From Macrostomum lignano (lineage: Eukaryota), in assembly GCA_002269645.1 (NCBI GenBank), contig NIVC01003144.1, positions 52,992 through 116,991 on the forward strand: 64,000 bases of DNA, read 5' to 3'. The notes beneath the pieces were generated by a model, which was given only the letters and a program-made list of their open reading frames with translations, had not been told where the DNA came from and searched no databases. Positions 25,372-60,800 of the stretch are shown here, piece after piece; positions within the stretch are counted from its first letter, which is position 1, and each line of letters begins with the position of its first letter. Both the position numbers and the translations under genes were made by a program.

Positions 25372-26449
25372 CCCTGGCAAGTCATTGTCGCTTCTTAGTT
25401 CGTTCCTTGGGAGTGGCACCGGGGCTCTCGATGTCACTGAACGGTCGCAGTCTGCTCGTCAGCTTCTTAATTGGCACATCGTACACTCTATAGCCATCTA
25501 ATATGACTGCGCTAAGATATGCAGTTTGTGTGCATTTTGTTTGTCTAAATTTTACTCTAATAAATAATATGCTCATCCGAATAGTGGCGAACACCCAATG
25601 CAATTTTTATCAAATTCAAGAGTTTAATAAGTTTATATACTATATTGTGCGAGCTTATAATACTAATTATAGCTTAGCGAATGCTTTTTGGTTTTTTAAT
25701 TTAGTAAACTATTGTCTTGTACATTTCGCTTTGCTCATATGATGACTTAAACCAGCATGCTATGATTGACGCTTTTACGCTGAATTAAAGCAGCATTTTC
25801 TTGATACAATTTCACACTTTCTATACTATCATTTTCTGTGTCTTTTTGACCAAACTACCAATCCACTTGCTTTTATTGGGTGCAAAATTTGCTAAAAGTT
25901 TTTTTACTGTTTTATTTTACTGTCACTCCTCTTAGTTCCGCTCTTTACACATTCGCTCGGGTGCGACAATGCCTTTTGTCGAGTACGGCACCCCCCTTTC
26001 TATTCGCTGAAATGCTAGTACTGAAGTATTGTAGGAATTATGAAATTGCGCCGGTTGGCTGTCCTATTGCATAATCCGCTGCAATTTTGCTTGCCCGCAT
26101 CGCGTAGTAAGAAATAAAAGCAATATTCGATTCGAACTGAAAATCAATAATTCGCCACATCAACGTTTGTGTGATTCGGTTTTACATTCGAGCTTGACAG
26201 TAAATACAATATCAATACGGTGTAATATTGTAATATCAATACACAATCATAATAGCTATGCCCATTAAAACACTTGTTTTGTGTGAAAAGTAGTTACTAC
26301 AGAGGCTTCTGATTAATCCTTGGAAATGCCTCCATGGTTACAAACAGAGACAATAACGATAGAAAGCTTCTACTAACTTCTAGTTATAAAATGTTCAATA
26401 CATTTTGGCTGTCAGTTTCTCAGGTGGGCCTTTAGCTTGTGTCCGAGCC

Positions 26450-27152
26450 AAGGCTCCATGGAGGTTGCTAAGAAGCCAAAGGCTCAATGAGGAGTTGCTG
26501 AGGTGCCATGGCTCAATGGGGAGTTGCTGAGACGCTAATTGACTCAATGGGGAGTTGCTGAGATGCCAATTGACTCAATAAGGAGTTGCTGAGGTGCCAT
26601 GGCTCGATGGGGAGTTGCTGAGATGCCATGGCTCAATGGGGAGTTGCTGAGATGCCATGGCTCAATGGGGAGTTGCTGAGATGCCATGGCTCAATGGGGA
26701 GTTGCTGAGATGCCAATCGACTCAATGGGGAGTTGCTGAGATGCCAATCGACTCAATGGGGAGTTGCTGAGATGCCAATTGGCTCAATGGGGAGTTGCTG
26801 AGATGCCAATTGACTCAATGGGGAGTTGCTGAGATGCCAATCGACTCAATGGGGAGTTGCTGAGATGCCATGGCTCAATGGGGAGTTGCTGAAATGCCAA
26901 TTGACTCAATGGGGAGTTGCTGAGATGCCAATTGGCTCAATGGGGAGTTGCTGAGATGCCATGGCTCAATGGGGAGTTGCTGAGATGCCAATCGGCTCAA
27001 TGGGGAGTTGCTGAGATGCCAATCGACTCAATGGGGAGTTGCTGAGATGCCAATCGACTCAATGGGGAGTTGCTGAGATGCCAATTGGCTCAATGGGGAG
27101 TTGCTGAGATGCCAATCGACTCAATGGTGAGTTGCTGAGATGCCATGGCTCA
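26450..27152. repeat. 29/31-bp minisatellite (ATGGGGAGTTGCTGAGATGCCA[ATT/TG]G(A/G)CTCA) between convergent 3' ends
   Basis: ~23 copies, two length variants. Confidence 0.95.
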
Positions 27153-28159
27153 GTTCATTGCTAAAACAAAGAACATGAAGCCCCCTTGATTGAATTAGCT
27201 CAATAAAACTGTCTTGGCAATGTCAGATCCGTGAGCACATCTTGGCAGGGGGGTGCTAGTACTAAAATAATAAATATTGAAACACTGACAAGCAAGCATT
27301 TCCGAGCTAATCAGTCACTCTCCGCCACAATTGCATTATCGGGCTGCATTGAACTAAACAATTCTATTTGTTGTTCATTTTTCTATTGTTGCAAGCGGCT
27401 ATGCGATAAAGATGCTGTAATAAGAAGCAAAACATTGGGATTAGGACAGGGTGACCGACTACACTGGCCGACAAAGGGCTCGAAAATCAGTCAGGACAGA
27501 CAGACAGACAGAGGCAATTATAGGAGCCCACACGCATTGTTTTGAACAGATAAAAAATTTGAAAAACACAAAATTATGTCACGGGGACCAGTTAGAATTT
27601 AGGGTAACACGAATAAAACATGCTTTTTTTAAAAATGGCATTACTACAGCTCAATTATGCACTTTATATTACTCGTAGTAATGTATCAGATGCCCGTATT
27701 ATGTGCAACACACGTATGCATTTGAGTATAATTAAGGAGTGATTAAAACTGTGTAGAACATAAAAAATAGGACAAACAAAACCAATAGTTAAATAAGAAA
27801 CAACAGACACAGATGAGAGCAGGGTGTGATTTATTCATCTGAGAAATATGCCCAGTTAAATTTGTTCATCAAAAAAGCGAGCAAAAAAGAATGAAAACCG
27901 TCCGATTAAATTAAAACAAAGTTAAATGATAAAAATTGAAAAAATCAGATGCTAATAAATGGCTGCCGTATGTTACAGTCTGAAGTACCAGTAAATAAAT
28001 ATTATAATAACTTACTGAGGTCAGCAAGTACAATTTCAATCATTTCAATGTTAACGAGCAGAATTTTCCATGATAATAGTAAAACAAAACACAAATAAAC
28101 AATTTTAAAATAAATTATCCTTGCGCTGGCTTCATCATCCAGCTGCCATGAGAATTTAA

Positions 28160-28600
28160 GTGCGGGAATCGAGGGGGTACTTAGCATGTCTGCAGGAATC
28201 GAGGGGGTATTTAGCATGTCTGCAGGAATCGAGGGGGTATTTAGCATGTCTGCAGGAATCGAGGGGCATTTAGCATGTCTGCAGGAATCGAGGGGGTATT
28301 TAGCATGTCTGCAGGAATCGAGGGGATATTTAGCATGTCTGCGGGAATCGAGGGGGTATTTAACATGTCTGCAGGAATCGAGGGGATATTTAGCATGTCT
28401 GCGGGAATCGAGGGGGTATTTAGCATGTCTGCGGGAATCGAGGGGGTATTTAGCATGTCTGCGGGAATCGAGGGGGCATTTAGCATGTCTGCGGGAATCG
28501 AGGGGGCATTTAGCATGTCTGCGGGAATCGAGGGGGTATTTAACATGTCTGCGGGAATCGAGGGGTATTCAGCATGTCTGCGGGAATCGAGGGGCATTAA
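28160..28600. repeat. 30-bp minisatellite (GAGGGGGTATTTAGCATGTCTGCRGGAATC)
   Basis: ~15 copies. Confidence 0.95.
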
Positions 28601-29192
28601 GCCTGTGTGTCTGTGGGTATTTCATGGGTTATTTAGTATGCTGTCTCTGGGTATTTCAAGGGGTATTTAAGGCCGCTCGACTGGCAGCAAAATGATAGAG
28701 AAAACGCACACCTTGGAACACGCTAAACAGACTACTTTCAGCTACACAGAAGACAATAGTATGCGTTTTAAACATAAATTCAGCTATGATACATGATTAA
28801 GCGATATTTAAACAAATTTTTACACAGACACAAAAACCAGAGCGACAACTCGTTAGAAATGCACAGGGACTGGCCAGACAGGCCCTCAAGAAAATTAGAA
28901 TTTGGGGAGATCTAACCCCCGCCGGTGTTAATTTGCATAGATAAACAAATAATCAGAAAGCAATTTATTTTAAGTTAAAAATAAGAGAAAGGCAAACAGT
29001 CATGGATGATCAGTGATTGTTTATTATTATCATCACAATAATATCTGCGAGTAAATTACTTGAAAGTCGCTAACAGATTAAAAAGGGTTTTGCAACGAAT
29101 ATTCTAGTATTCTAAATTAATTATGGATTTACAGAGTGAATATAGACGGGCATTGTTGATGAAAAAAATAATAGTACATAGAAGCCACGCAA

Positions 29193-50665
<21,473 letters not shown>

Positions 50666-51785
50666 TTTATCCCGAATCTTTGTTTCCTTATCTGTGCACA
50701 CCTTTTTCATGAAGACTTTAAAGCATAATAAGCCACGAAAGTGGCCAAAATTTATTTAAAAGTATTTTTCTGAAGAAAAGCGTTTTGAAAAATTATTGGT
50801 AAATACCTTCACTACCTAAAAAGTTAGTTATGCAGTCACTAGAGAAGCGAAACCTTAATTCTTGAATTGAGTTCACAGAATCAACTCAAAAGACACAACT
50901 AACTCACGATTTCGAATGCTGATTACTTTTTGAAACAGCTGTTTTTATGAAAATATTTTTTTCAATTCATATATGAATGAGATATTTTCAGAAATCTATA
51001 ATAACGATTTTGGTTAATACGTTATCATATGGCTTTATTGGTAAAAAATTAATACCAGTAGTATTTGTTATAGTGTTAACTCAAAATACAGTGCGCACAT
51101 GAAGTACATTAAGTTAATTGTATCGCACATAGATTTATCCAGGAACACTGTGGTACTTGAGATCCATTATACTAAACTTGTGTTTGTGAATTTACATCTT
51201 CAGCTGATCTTTAGCACGATCTTCAGCTAATCAAATTTCGAGACTTGTAAATTGCATTTTTTCAAGCTACATTGTACAATTACTAAAGAATCTTAAGAAT
51301 CCAACCGAAGCAAGCTCAATAAAATTTCTGGTGATAAATTTCCAGTGATAATGATAAATTAGGAGAGATCACGAAAGACTAGCATTTATGTTTTTTTCAA
51401 AAAGGGGATCCTTTAACCGTGCCTTTTATTGGAGAAAGACAGACAACCAATTTGTAACAGGCGTCCGGATTTTCGTTTTTAACCATTAAATTAAAACTCA
51501 TAGATGTTTTTCTAAGTAATTTTTAGTGCTAATGGTTCTTTTTAAAAAGAAAATGAGCTCCTTTAAAATCATAAATTTTAAATTTTTACTGTTATCAATT
51601 GATAATATCAATATTATCAATTCTTTGTTTTACTGAATAAGTGTTCACTCTTATATCGTATTCAATTTTCGAACGTGCTATCCAACGAAATTTAAACCTG
51701 TCTTCCTATTTACTGTTGCAGTGAAATATCTACGCGTCTGAATTGTTCATAAATCATGTAATATTGCTCAACTTTACTTTCATAA
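50666..51785. promoter_or_regulatory. Probable bidirectional promoter region between the head-to-head groucho and ferlin genes
   Basis: The two start codons are 1.1 kb apart and divergent; the spacer is AT-rich and non-repetitive. No specific promoter element was identified. Confidence 0.55.
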
Positions 51786-51888
51786 ATGAAAATGTCGAAA
51801 CTAATTGTAACTGTTGATAGCGCTGCAAATCTACCAAATGTTGACACGTTTGGGGAGAGTGACCCATTTTGCATTGTCGAAATTAAAG
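51786..51888 (+). CDS. ferlin exon 1 (C2A start)
   Basis: [35 protein letters not shown]|gtatgt; start could be 51792. Confidence 0.85.
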
Positions 51889-54800
51889 GTATGTTGTATT
51901 TTTTTAGTTGCTTCGAACCTATTTTTGTTGAAACTTATTTTTACAATAAAAGCCTGAATGAAAATCTTATTCTGAAAATAAAAAAATGTAGTATAACTCT
52001 CAAACAATTTACAATTGTTTAATTTTCTTTTTTAAATATAGTTACGCCAGATAAGATCTTATTCGTTATTTAGACACTCTTAAAAGAAATCTGCACTAGT
52101 AACAGCAAAAATACTTCTGGGATTTAAGTTTGTTTTACTTGGCTCCTGAAGAGCTGACAGCTTAACTTGATTTGTGTCAATTCTGTTCTTCAATCTTCAT
52201 TGTCTAATAATAAATTATTGAAGAAAGGAATTTATTGTATTTAAAACAATACTCTCCACTGAATCAGGCTATCGTTTTTTAATATTGTTTTTAACTGCAA
52301 CAAATTTCAGGACTGAAGGGTCAGACAAAGGTCATTGACAATGATTTAAACCCAGTTTGGAAGGAGAAAATTGAGCTGGATTTGGGCCCGCCTCTAAGCC
52401 CAGATGATAAACTGACGGTGACAGTGAAAGACCATGAAACAATTGGGCCGGACAAGTAAGTAAACTTTAAATTCAAACGATTTGTTTTTATTCTAATCCA
52501 CAACAATTACTCATGGTTAAATTCACAGACTGCTTGGCATGTGTGAAATTGCTCTCAAAGACCTGGTCAAAGGCGGAAAGTCCGAGATGGAAGTGAACGC
52601 TCCGCTGCAGGATGCCAACAAGAGAGCCGTCGGGGTGCGTCAGCCTGAGGCTTAGCGATATTTTATAATCAGAAAGCTTACAGAAACTATAAAGGCAACA
52701 ATTCACCCTAAATTTCAGGCAACTGTCAAAGTGATGATCGTCTATGTTGGACCGAAAGGAAAAGGTAGCGCCTTGAAATCATAGTTTCTTTATCTAGCTC
52801 GTATAACAACAATAACTGCTTAGACACACGTTTACATGCAACTAAATAAATATTTTAGGAACAGGAGTGCATTGTAAGTCTTTTAGGTTTTAGATAGTGA
52901 TGTACATAATCATAAACTTTGCTGATAAAACAGTTCGTGTGTATGCACATGTAAATCACATTTTTATTGCCGGTACTTTTGTGAATTGGTGTAAAGCTCT
53001 TTAGTTCTAGCTGTTCTTACTGTCAATAAATTATGTAACAAGGCCCAAAGTAGCTTGTAGCTAATATATTATCTGTCGTGACTAATTATATCTATCTATC
53101 TATCAACAAATAATCGTGAGCCATCCTACTTGCGTGAACTGACTCAATGCAGACACGACTGACTCGTCGCCGAGCGGTGGCGGCGGCGGCCAAACAATGG
53201 ATGCCGAAGATGACGACGAGGAAGAAGAGGCCTTCGATCAGGCTGACGGCGGCGGCGGTGGCGGCGGCGGCGGTGGCAAAAAATCGCGGCGAAAGCGAAA
53301 CGTCGGCGGAGCGGCAAAGCGAAAGACTCGGGCCAAGCTGAGCACGAAGCTGCAGGACTTTCAGGTGCGGCTTTGAGATGGTTGCGAAGGGCTTACAGCA
53401 GGGAGTAGAGCTGAATGGACGGGGCTCAAGATGATGGAAAAGTCAACTTCAAATAGTGGAGCTTGAATCAGCGATTTCTATGGACTAGTAAAGAACAGCT
53501 CAAGTCTGCTCAAGAATAAAAGGAACCAGGTGAAGAAGGAGGAACCAGGTAGAAGGGAAGGAGCCAGGTAGAATGGAAGGAGCCAAGTAGAATGGAAGGA
53601 GCCAGGTAGAATGGAAGGAACCAGATAGAATGGAAGGAACCAGCCAGAATAAAAGGGACCAGGGATAATGGAAGAGACCAGGCAGGATGGAAGGGATCAG
53701 ATAGAAACCAGGTAGGAGTCAGATAGGAACCAAGTAGAGTGGAAGGAACCAGGCAGAATGAAAGGAACCAGGCAGAATGGAAAGGACCTGATAGAAACCA
53801 GGCAGAATTGAAGGGACCAGATAGAAGCCAGGCAGAATGGAAGGGACCAGATAGAAACCAGGCAGAATGGAAGGGACCAGATAGAAACCAGGCAGAATGG
53901 AAGGGACCAGATAGAAACCAGGCAGAATGGAAGGGACCTGATAGAAACCAGGCAGAATGGAAGGGACCAGATAGAAACCAGGCAGAATGGAAGGGACCAG
54001 ATAGAAATCAGGCAGAATGGAAGGGACCAGATAGAAACCAGGCAGAATGGAAGGGACCAGATAGAAATCAGGCAGAATGGAAGGGACCAGATAGAAACCA
54101 GGCAGAATGGAAGGGACCTGATAGAAACCAGGCAGAATGGAAGGGACCTGATAGAAACCAGGCAGAATATTTTCGAGGTTTTTATTAAATAACTTTTATT
54201 AAATAACTTTTTTTAAATTTAGCAAAAACCAGCGCATGGTAAATCCCCGACACTATAGACAAGGTTGATGCGTAAGGCTCTCCGAGTACACCGGGTACAT
54301 TGACTATGTATGAATATCAATGGACTACGATGTACTCTAGACGGAGCCAACTGTGCTCTGCCTGGGTGGGGTGTTTACAAGTATCAGGAATTTCTGTTTT
54401 GATAGAAGAATATACCAAGATGTGAGCAGAGATGAATAATAGAAATAGCAGACTGCACAGTCAGATAGATGCTTTTTGAGTTCATTTCTCGTCTTCTGCT
54501 TGTGCACAGCAACAGGGGCCGATGCGAAGGCATGCACGTTCTTTTATTCTCAACCGAAGCAAACAATAGTTGGAGACATTAGAAGCATATGGGTGTCTCC
54601 CATTGAGACCTGAATGCATGTAGCACCCCGGCAAATGCAAAGTGAAAGCAAAATTGCAGAAAAAAATGAAAAATGCGCCATTTTAGAAGCAATCTAACTG
54701 AGCCAATACAGTATGGCTCTAGTTGCTAAAAATAGCACTTAATTACACCGCAGTTGTATCGGAATTCAACTCGCACGTTCTTTGCTATTCTCTCAATACC

Positions 54801-57800
54801 AAATCAACCCAGAGACTCACAGGTTCGCCCCCCCCCCCACCTCGGCTCTCGATCCCGTTTTTTTTCTTTCAGTCTTCTTTCAGTGCGCAAGTATTTGCTG
54901 TTGACAATCGATATTGACTGGGCAGGGGAGTGCAGGCATGCACAGGCTGCGGAGCAGGGCAGCGTACATTCAGTTTGGCAGCCGATTTTGCCTTTTACGC
55001 ACCAATTTTTTGACCCACCCCCTTTTTACTGGGCGCTGAAGAGCGGGGCTGTACGAGTGTAGGGCGGCTCCTAATCTCTTAGTTGCTAAGCTGAGCTCTA
55101 TGGTAGCGGCAGGCCAGAATTTTTCCTGGCATTCACTTCTGAAACTGTCCCTTAATCCTTTCTCTCGTCTTTCACTTCCGGTCCAGATACGGAGAGAGGG
55201 GGACTGTTCGAGAAGGTGCCTGTTGCCATGGCGATTCTCTCTTGTCTCTCTCTCTCTCTCCCAGACTTGAAGCAGCACTCAATATAGCGGAGTCGGAAGT
55301 GCAGCTTAGCGCAACTCCCTATATTTGCCATTTCATTCAGCCCACTGCAGCTCATGAGCTCTGGGGCCATGCGATTTTGGAACCAACAGGCACACCTGTT
55401 GTTCTATAACCCCCCCCCCAGCCCAGAAATCCCTGCCCAAGAGCGGCAGTGAGTGCCAGTCAGAAATCGGTATACTGTAGGTAGAGGTCCGATCGCAGCC
55501 ACTCTCGCGGAGCGGGGGCGGTCAGCACAGAGAAAAAAGTATTTTATTTCTCAACACTTCTTTTTTTGGGAACAATTTTTGACGCGGAGAGCAGCTATTC
55601 CCAAAGTTGTGACGCGGTTCTGATCGACCAGGAAAAAGTGTTCTGGAAGAGTAGGATTGAGAAACTATAGAAATCTGTCTCTCTGTTCTCTCTTTGCTTC
55701 AATTCTTTGCATTAAGATCAAGCTCAATTTTTTTACACTTGTCCGCATATTGTTAGCATATTGATATATTAAATTCGCAAACCTTTTATTGTGCACTAGT
55801 AGGTAGCTATGTGTACATTGGGGCGGGGTTAGAATTCATTTCAGGTAGACTGTAGGTATGCAATATATTCTACAGTGTCTTAACCTTACTACTTATCATA
55901 AAGTATACAGCGTTACTTAAAATTATAATGTTAAATTGAAGATTACGATTATAAAATTTTAAGATTATTAAATAAAATGACTTCTTTAATATAGATATAG
56001 AGTAGACATCTTTAGAGACGATGAAGTCGGAAATTCCTTTGCTACGAGGAGGCTATGGGTCGGTATGGGTTGTTACGGGAGGCTATGGGTTGCTACGGGA
56101 GGCTATGGGTTGCTACGGGAGGCTATGGGTTGCTACGGGAGGCAGTATGGGTTGTTACGGGAGGCTATGGGTTGTTACGGGAGGCAGTATGGGTTGTTAC
56201 GGGAGGCTATGGGTTGTTACGGTAGGCAGTATGGGTTGTTACGGGAGGCTATGGGTTGTTACGGGAGGCTATGGGTTGTTACGGGAGGCTATGGGTTGTT
56301 ACGGGAAGCAGCGTGGGTTGTTACGGGAAGCAGCGTGGGTTGTTACGGGAAGCAGCGTGGGTTGTTACGGGAAGCAGCGTGGGTTGTTACGGGAGGCAGT
56401 GTGGGTTGTTACGGGAAGCAGTGTGGGTTGTTACGGGAAGCAGCGTGGGTTGTTACGGGAAGCAGCGTGGGTTGTTACGGGAAGCAGCGTGGGTTGCTAC
56501 GGGAAGCAGCGTGGGTTGTTACGGGAAGCAGCGTGGGTTGTTACGGGAGGCAGTTGAGTAAATCTCTGCCACCGCGCTGCGCCGTCACCCTCCAGATCCG
56601 CATCCGCATTGTGGAAGCCCGCCAGCTGCAGGGCGCCAACATCAGCCCGGTGTGCCGAGTGACCTGCTACAACCAGATGAAGCAGACCAGGATTAAAAAG
56701 TCCACCAATTCGCCATACTGGGGCGAGACGTTCTTCTTTAACTTCAACGTGTCTCCGGCCGATCTCATGGAAGAGCTGGTCGAATGCGGGGTGAGTTTTT
56801 AGGTTTATTGATTGATTTCTGCTCTGCAGTTCCTCAGTTCCCCACCTGACGTTGCTCGCTTCTCGCACCAATCCACCGCGATCAGGTGTTCAATTCTCGC
56901 CGTCTGCGCTCGGACGCCATGATTGGCGCCTTCAAATTCGACCTCGGCATGCTATACGAGGAGGACGGGCACGTCTTCCTGAACAAGTGGCTGCTGCTCA
57001 GCGACCCCGAGGATCCGCAGGGCGGCGCCAAGGGCTACCTGAAAATCTGCGCAGTCATCCTGGGACCCGGAGACGAAGCGCCCGTGAGCTTCTGCCTGCT
57101 TTTGTCTTTGTGACTGTCTGCTCCCTGTGTCTTTGTGCCCGTCTGCTGTCTGTGTCTTTGTGCCTGTTTGCTGTCTGTGTCTTTGTGCCCGTCTGCTGTC
57201 TGTGCCTTTGTGCCTGTCTGCTGTCTGTGTCTTTGTGTCTGCCTGCTACCTGTGTCTTTGTGTCTGCCTGCTACCTGTGTCTTTGTGTCTGTCTGCTGCC
57301 TGTGTCTTTGTGTCTGTCTTCTGCCTGTGTCTTTGTGCCCGTCTGCTGTCTGTGTCTTTGTGTCTGTCTGCTGCCTGTGTCTTTGTGTCTGTCTTCTGCC
57401 TGTGTCTTTGTGCCCGTCTGCTGTCTGTGTCTTTGTGTCTGTCTGCTGCCTGTGTCTTTGTGTCTGCCTGCTAGCTGTGTCTTTGTGCCTGTCTGCTGCC
57501 TGTGTCTTTGTGTCGGTCTTCTGCCTGTGTCTTTGTGCCCGTCTGCTGTCTGTGTCTTTATGTCTGTTTGCTGCCTGTCTTTGTGTCTGTCTGCTGCCTG
57601 TGTCTTTATGTCTGTTTGCTGCCTGTCTTTGTGTCTGTCTGCTGCCTGTGTCTTTGTGTCTGCCTGCTAGCTGTGCCTTTGTGCCTGTCTGCTGGCTGTC
57701 CTTGTGCCTGTGTATTTTTGCCTGTCTTGCTCCATGCCTGTGTCTTAGGGTCTGCCTGCTGTCTTTCTGTCAACGTCTTATTGTCTGTCTTCTGCCTGCC

Positions 57801-60800
57801 TGCCAGCTGTATCTTAGTGTCTGTCTCAGTGTCTTTGTCTCCCACCGATTACAATGCCCCTCATCGCCTGCCACCCGCAGAGCTTCAAGCAGGCGAGCAG
57901 CGCTGATGAGGATGAGGACATCGAGTCCAACCTGTTGCGACCCGCCGGTGTGCAGCTGCGGCCGGCGACATTCACGCTGAGGGTCTACCGGGCTGAGGAC
58001 CTGCCAAAAAGTGAGTCTTAAGAGCCATCTCGAGTCGTTGGATGAAATGATAATTAATGGTTCAGTTTCCTGCCATGCACAATTATGTTTTTCTGTTTCT
58101 GACTTCAGTGGACACGGAGATATTCCAAGGCGTAAGGAAGATCTTCACTGGCACGTCAACGAAAGAGCTGGTGGATCCTTATCTTGTGTTTCAATTTGCC
58201 GGCAAAGAGGTTCGCACCGAGACAAAGTACACAAACGACCATCCTGAGTGGAATGAAGAACTGCGCATGGGACTGCAGTTTCCGTCAATGTGCGAAAGAA
58301 TCAAATTTCAGATGTTTGATTGGTAAGTGGCCAGCGGATTTGATAGGAATAGGGGCAAGAGTGAATGCCGTTCCGGACAGCCAATCAGCGAAGAAAGAGG
58401 GGAAGGGAGAGAGAGGTTAGCGTAGCACTAAACTTGGGCAAGGGTTTATTGCGATCTTCAGCCAATAAAATAAGAGGGAAAGGACGCGAGAGCAAATGTA
58501 CACATATAAATTGACCTCTTTAATGAACCAAGGAGATAAGGAAGGGAGTGAGTGCAAATGTACACACTTAAATTAGCCTCCTTAATGAATCAATGAGATA
58601 AGGAAAGGGAGCGAGAGCCTATGTACGCATTTAAATTGGCCTCCTTAATCAACCAATGAGATAAAGGAAGGGATCGAAAGCCAATGTACTCGCTAAACTT
58701 GGCAAGTGGTTTATTGGTATCAGTAGCCAATAGAAAGGAGATAAGGGAAGGAGAGCAAGTGGCACTCATATGATCGGGAAAAATGCTAAATTTCGTCGCG
58801 TCTTGCTGCCAGCAATGATCGGTCTCAATGTACATTTAAATCTTGTGTCAGCGAATCAGAGAAGAGAGAGAATATCGCAAATCTTAATTTTGACACAAAT
58901 TATTTCAGGGACCGCATGACAGAAGACGATATAATCGGAACCAATTACATCGACATACCGCTCATCTCAGCTCAAGGCGACACAGGTGAGACAAAAACAT
59001 CTGTTCAGTAGTCAACGCTCGAGGGAAATTATGAAAAAAATCGCAATGAATTCCTCATTGATAGGTTTCCTCTAAAGATCAGACACCCAGCCAGAAGCAT
59101 TGTCAATCCTGCGATTAAGAAACCTGACCTGAAACAACCTTTTTGGTATTTAGACTAACCTTTTTCATAAAGTTCGTCATTGTACTGTATTTTTTGTATA
59201 AATAGGTACAAATCCGTAAAACTAGTTGAGGTTGGATAAACCGTCCTTCGAAAAATCTGTTCTTTGTTGCAGATAAAGACTCGGAAGGTAAAAAGAGTGG
59301 TAGTTGTTTGTTTTACTGTTTACCCTTCGATTTATTCCTCCGCTAATCTGCAGTCGAACCCGCGATGGAGGTCGCTTCTTTTACCTGTGGAAGCTTGCAG
59401 GAAATATAAAATAAAAGCATAAACTCAATGAACTAACCCAAACTGAAAGATCAGAGGGTTGTTTTAATGAGTCACTGAAGGATCAGAGGGTAGCTTTGGT
59501 GAGTCACTGAAGGATCTCGGGGTAGCTTTGGTGAGTCACTGAAGGATCAGAGAGTAGCTTTGGTGAGTCACTGAAGGATCAGAGAGTGGCTTTGGTGAGT
59601 CACTGAAGAATCAGAGAGTGGCTTTGGTGAGTCACTGAAGGATCAGATAGTGGCTTTGGTGAGTCACTGAAGGATCAGAGAGTGGCTTTGGTGAGTCACT
59701 GAAGGATCTCGGGTAGCTTTGGTGAGTCACTGAAGAATCAGAGAGTGGCTTTGGTGAGTCACTGAAGGATCTCGGGGTAGCTTTGGTGAGTCACTGAAGG
59801 ATCAGAGAGTGGCTTTGGTGAGTCACTGAAGGATCAGAGAGTGGCTTTGGTGAGTCACTGAAGGATCAGAGGGTAGCTTTGGTGAGTCACTGAAGGATCA
59901 GAGGGTAGCTTTGGTGAGTCACTGAAGGATCAGAGAGTGGCTTTGGTGAGTCACTGAAGGATCAGAGGGTAGCTTTGGTGAGTCACTGAAGGATCTCGGG
60001 GTAGCTTTGGTGAGTCACTGAAGGATCAGAGAGTGGCTTTGGTGAGTCACTGAAGAATCAGAGAGTGGCTTTGGTGAGTCACTGAAGGATCAGAGAGTGG
60101 CTTTGGTGAGTCACTGAAGGATCAGAGAGTGGCTTTGGTGAGTCACTGAAGGATCTCGGGGTAGCTTTGGTGAGTCACTGAAGAATCAGAGAGTGGCTTT
60201 GGTGAGTCACTGAAGGATCTCGGGGTAGCTTTGGTGAGTCACTGAAGGATCAGAGGGTAGCTTTGGTGAGTCACTGAAGGATCAGAGTGTAGCTTTGGTG
60301 AGTCACTGAAGGATCAGAGGGTAGCTTTGGTGAGTCACTGAAGGATCATTGGTAGGGGAGTGAGGTCCTCGATTCGTGTTGTACCTGATGATTTGAAAGT
60401 ACCTCTAGCGTCGCTTGATCAGAAACTTCGTTGCATTCATCAAAGCAGCTATATTTCGTGGTAACGAGTGCTTTCCATGAAGATTATTTCTTTTTTTTTA
60501 TTTACGGATTTTTGCTTAATTTTTGGTAGACAATTATTGCAATTTTTTACCGAATTCAATTATCGGAACAATTAATGGTTGACAAGTTGGTAAACTTTTG
60601 AATTTATGCAAATTCAAGCAGAATACAGAATACAAACCGGATGGCTCCATTGCAGTTTAGCAATAATCTTAAATGCCTAGGTGGTCTCATTCTAGAACTC
60701 GAATAAGTGATAAAAGAAAGTCAGAAAGAAGAAGCCAAATTCAAACAAGCTACTGTCAGTAGCAATATAAAAATCTTAGGTGCATTTTTGAACAAGAATA

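Noticed and set aside
29032-29037. K-box core (TGTGAT) in the groucho 3' UTR
   Set aside because: A single hexamer is expected by chance.
55341-55448. Possible alternative ferlin exon or start (ttcattcag|...ATG...CGGCA|gtgagt)
   Set aside because: From its ATG it ends in phase 2, incompatible with phase-0 exon 6 unless the C10 run is miscalled, and it has no homology.
59467-60347. CRISPR interpretation of the ~30-bp arrays
   Set aside because: Units are directly adjacent with no unique spacers, there are no cas genes, and the context is eukaryotic.
60381-60405. Minimal hammerhead-like GTAC-CTGATGA-TTT-GAAA-GTAC
   Set aside because: Stem II is absent, the cleavage triplet is out of register, and stem I has no partner.
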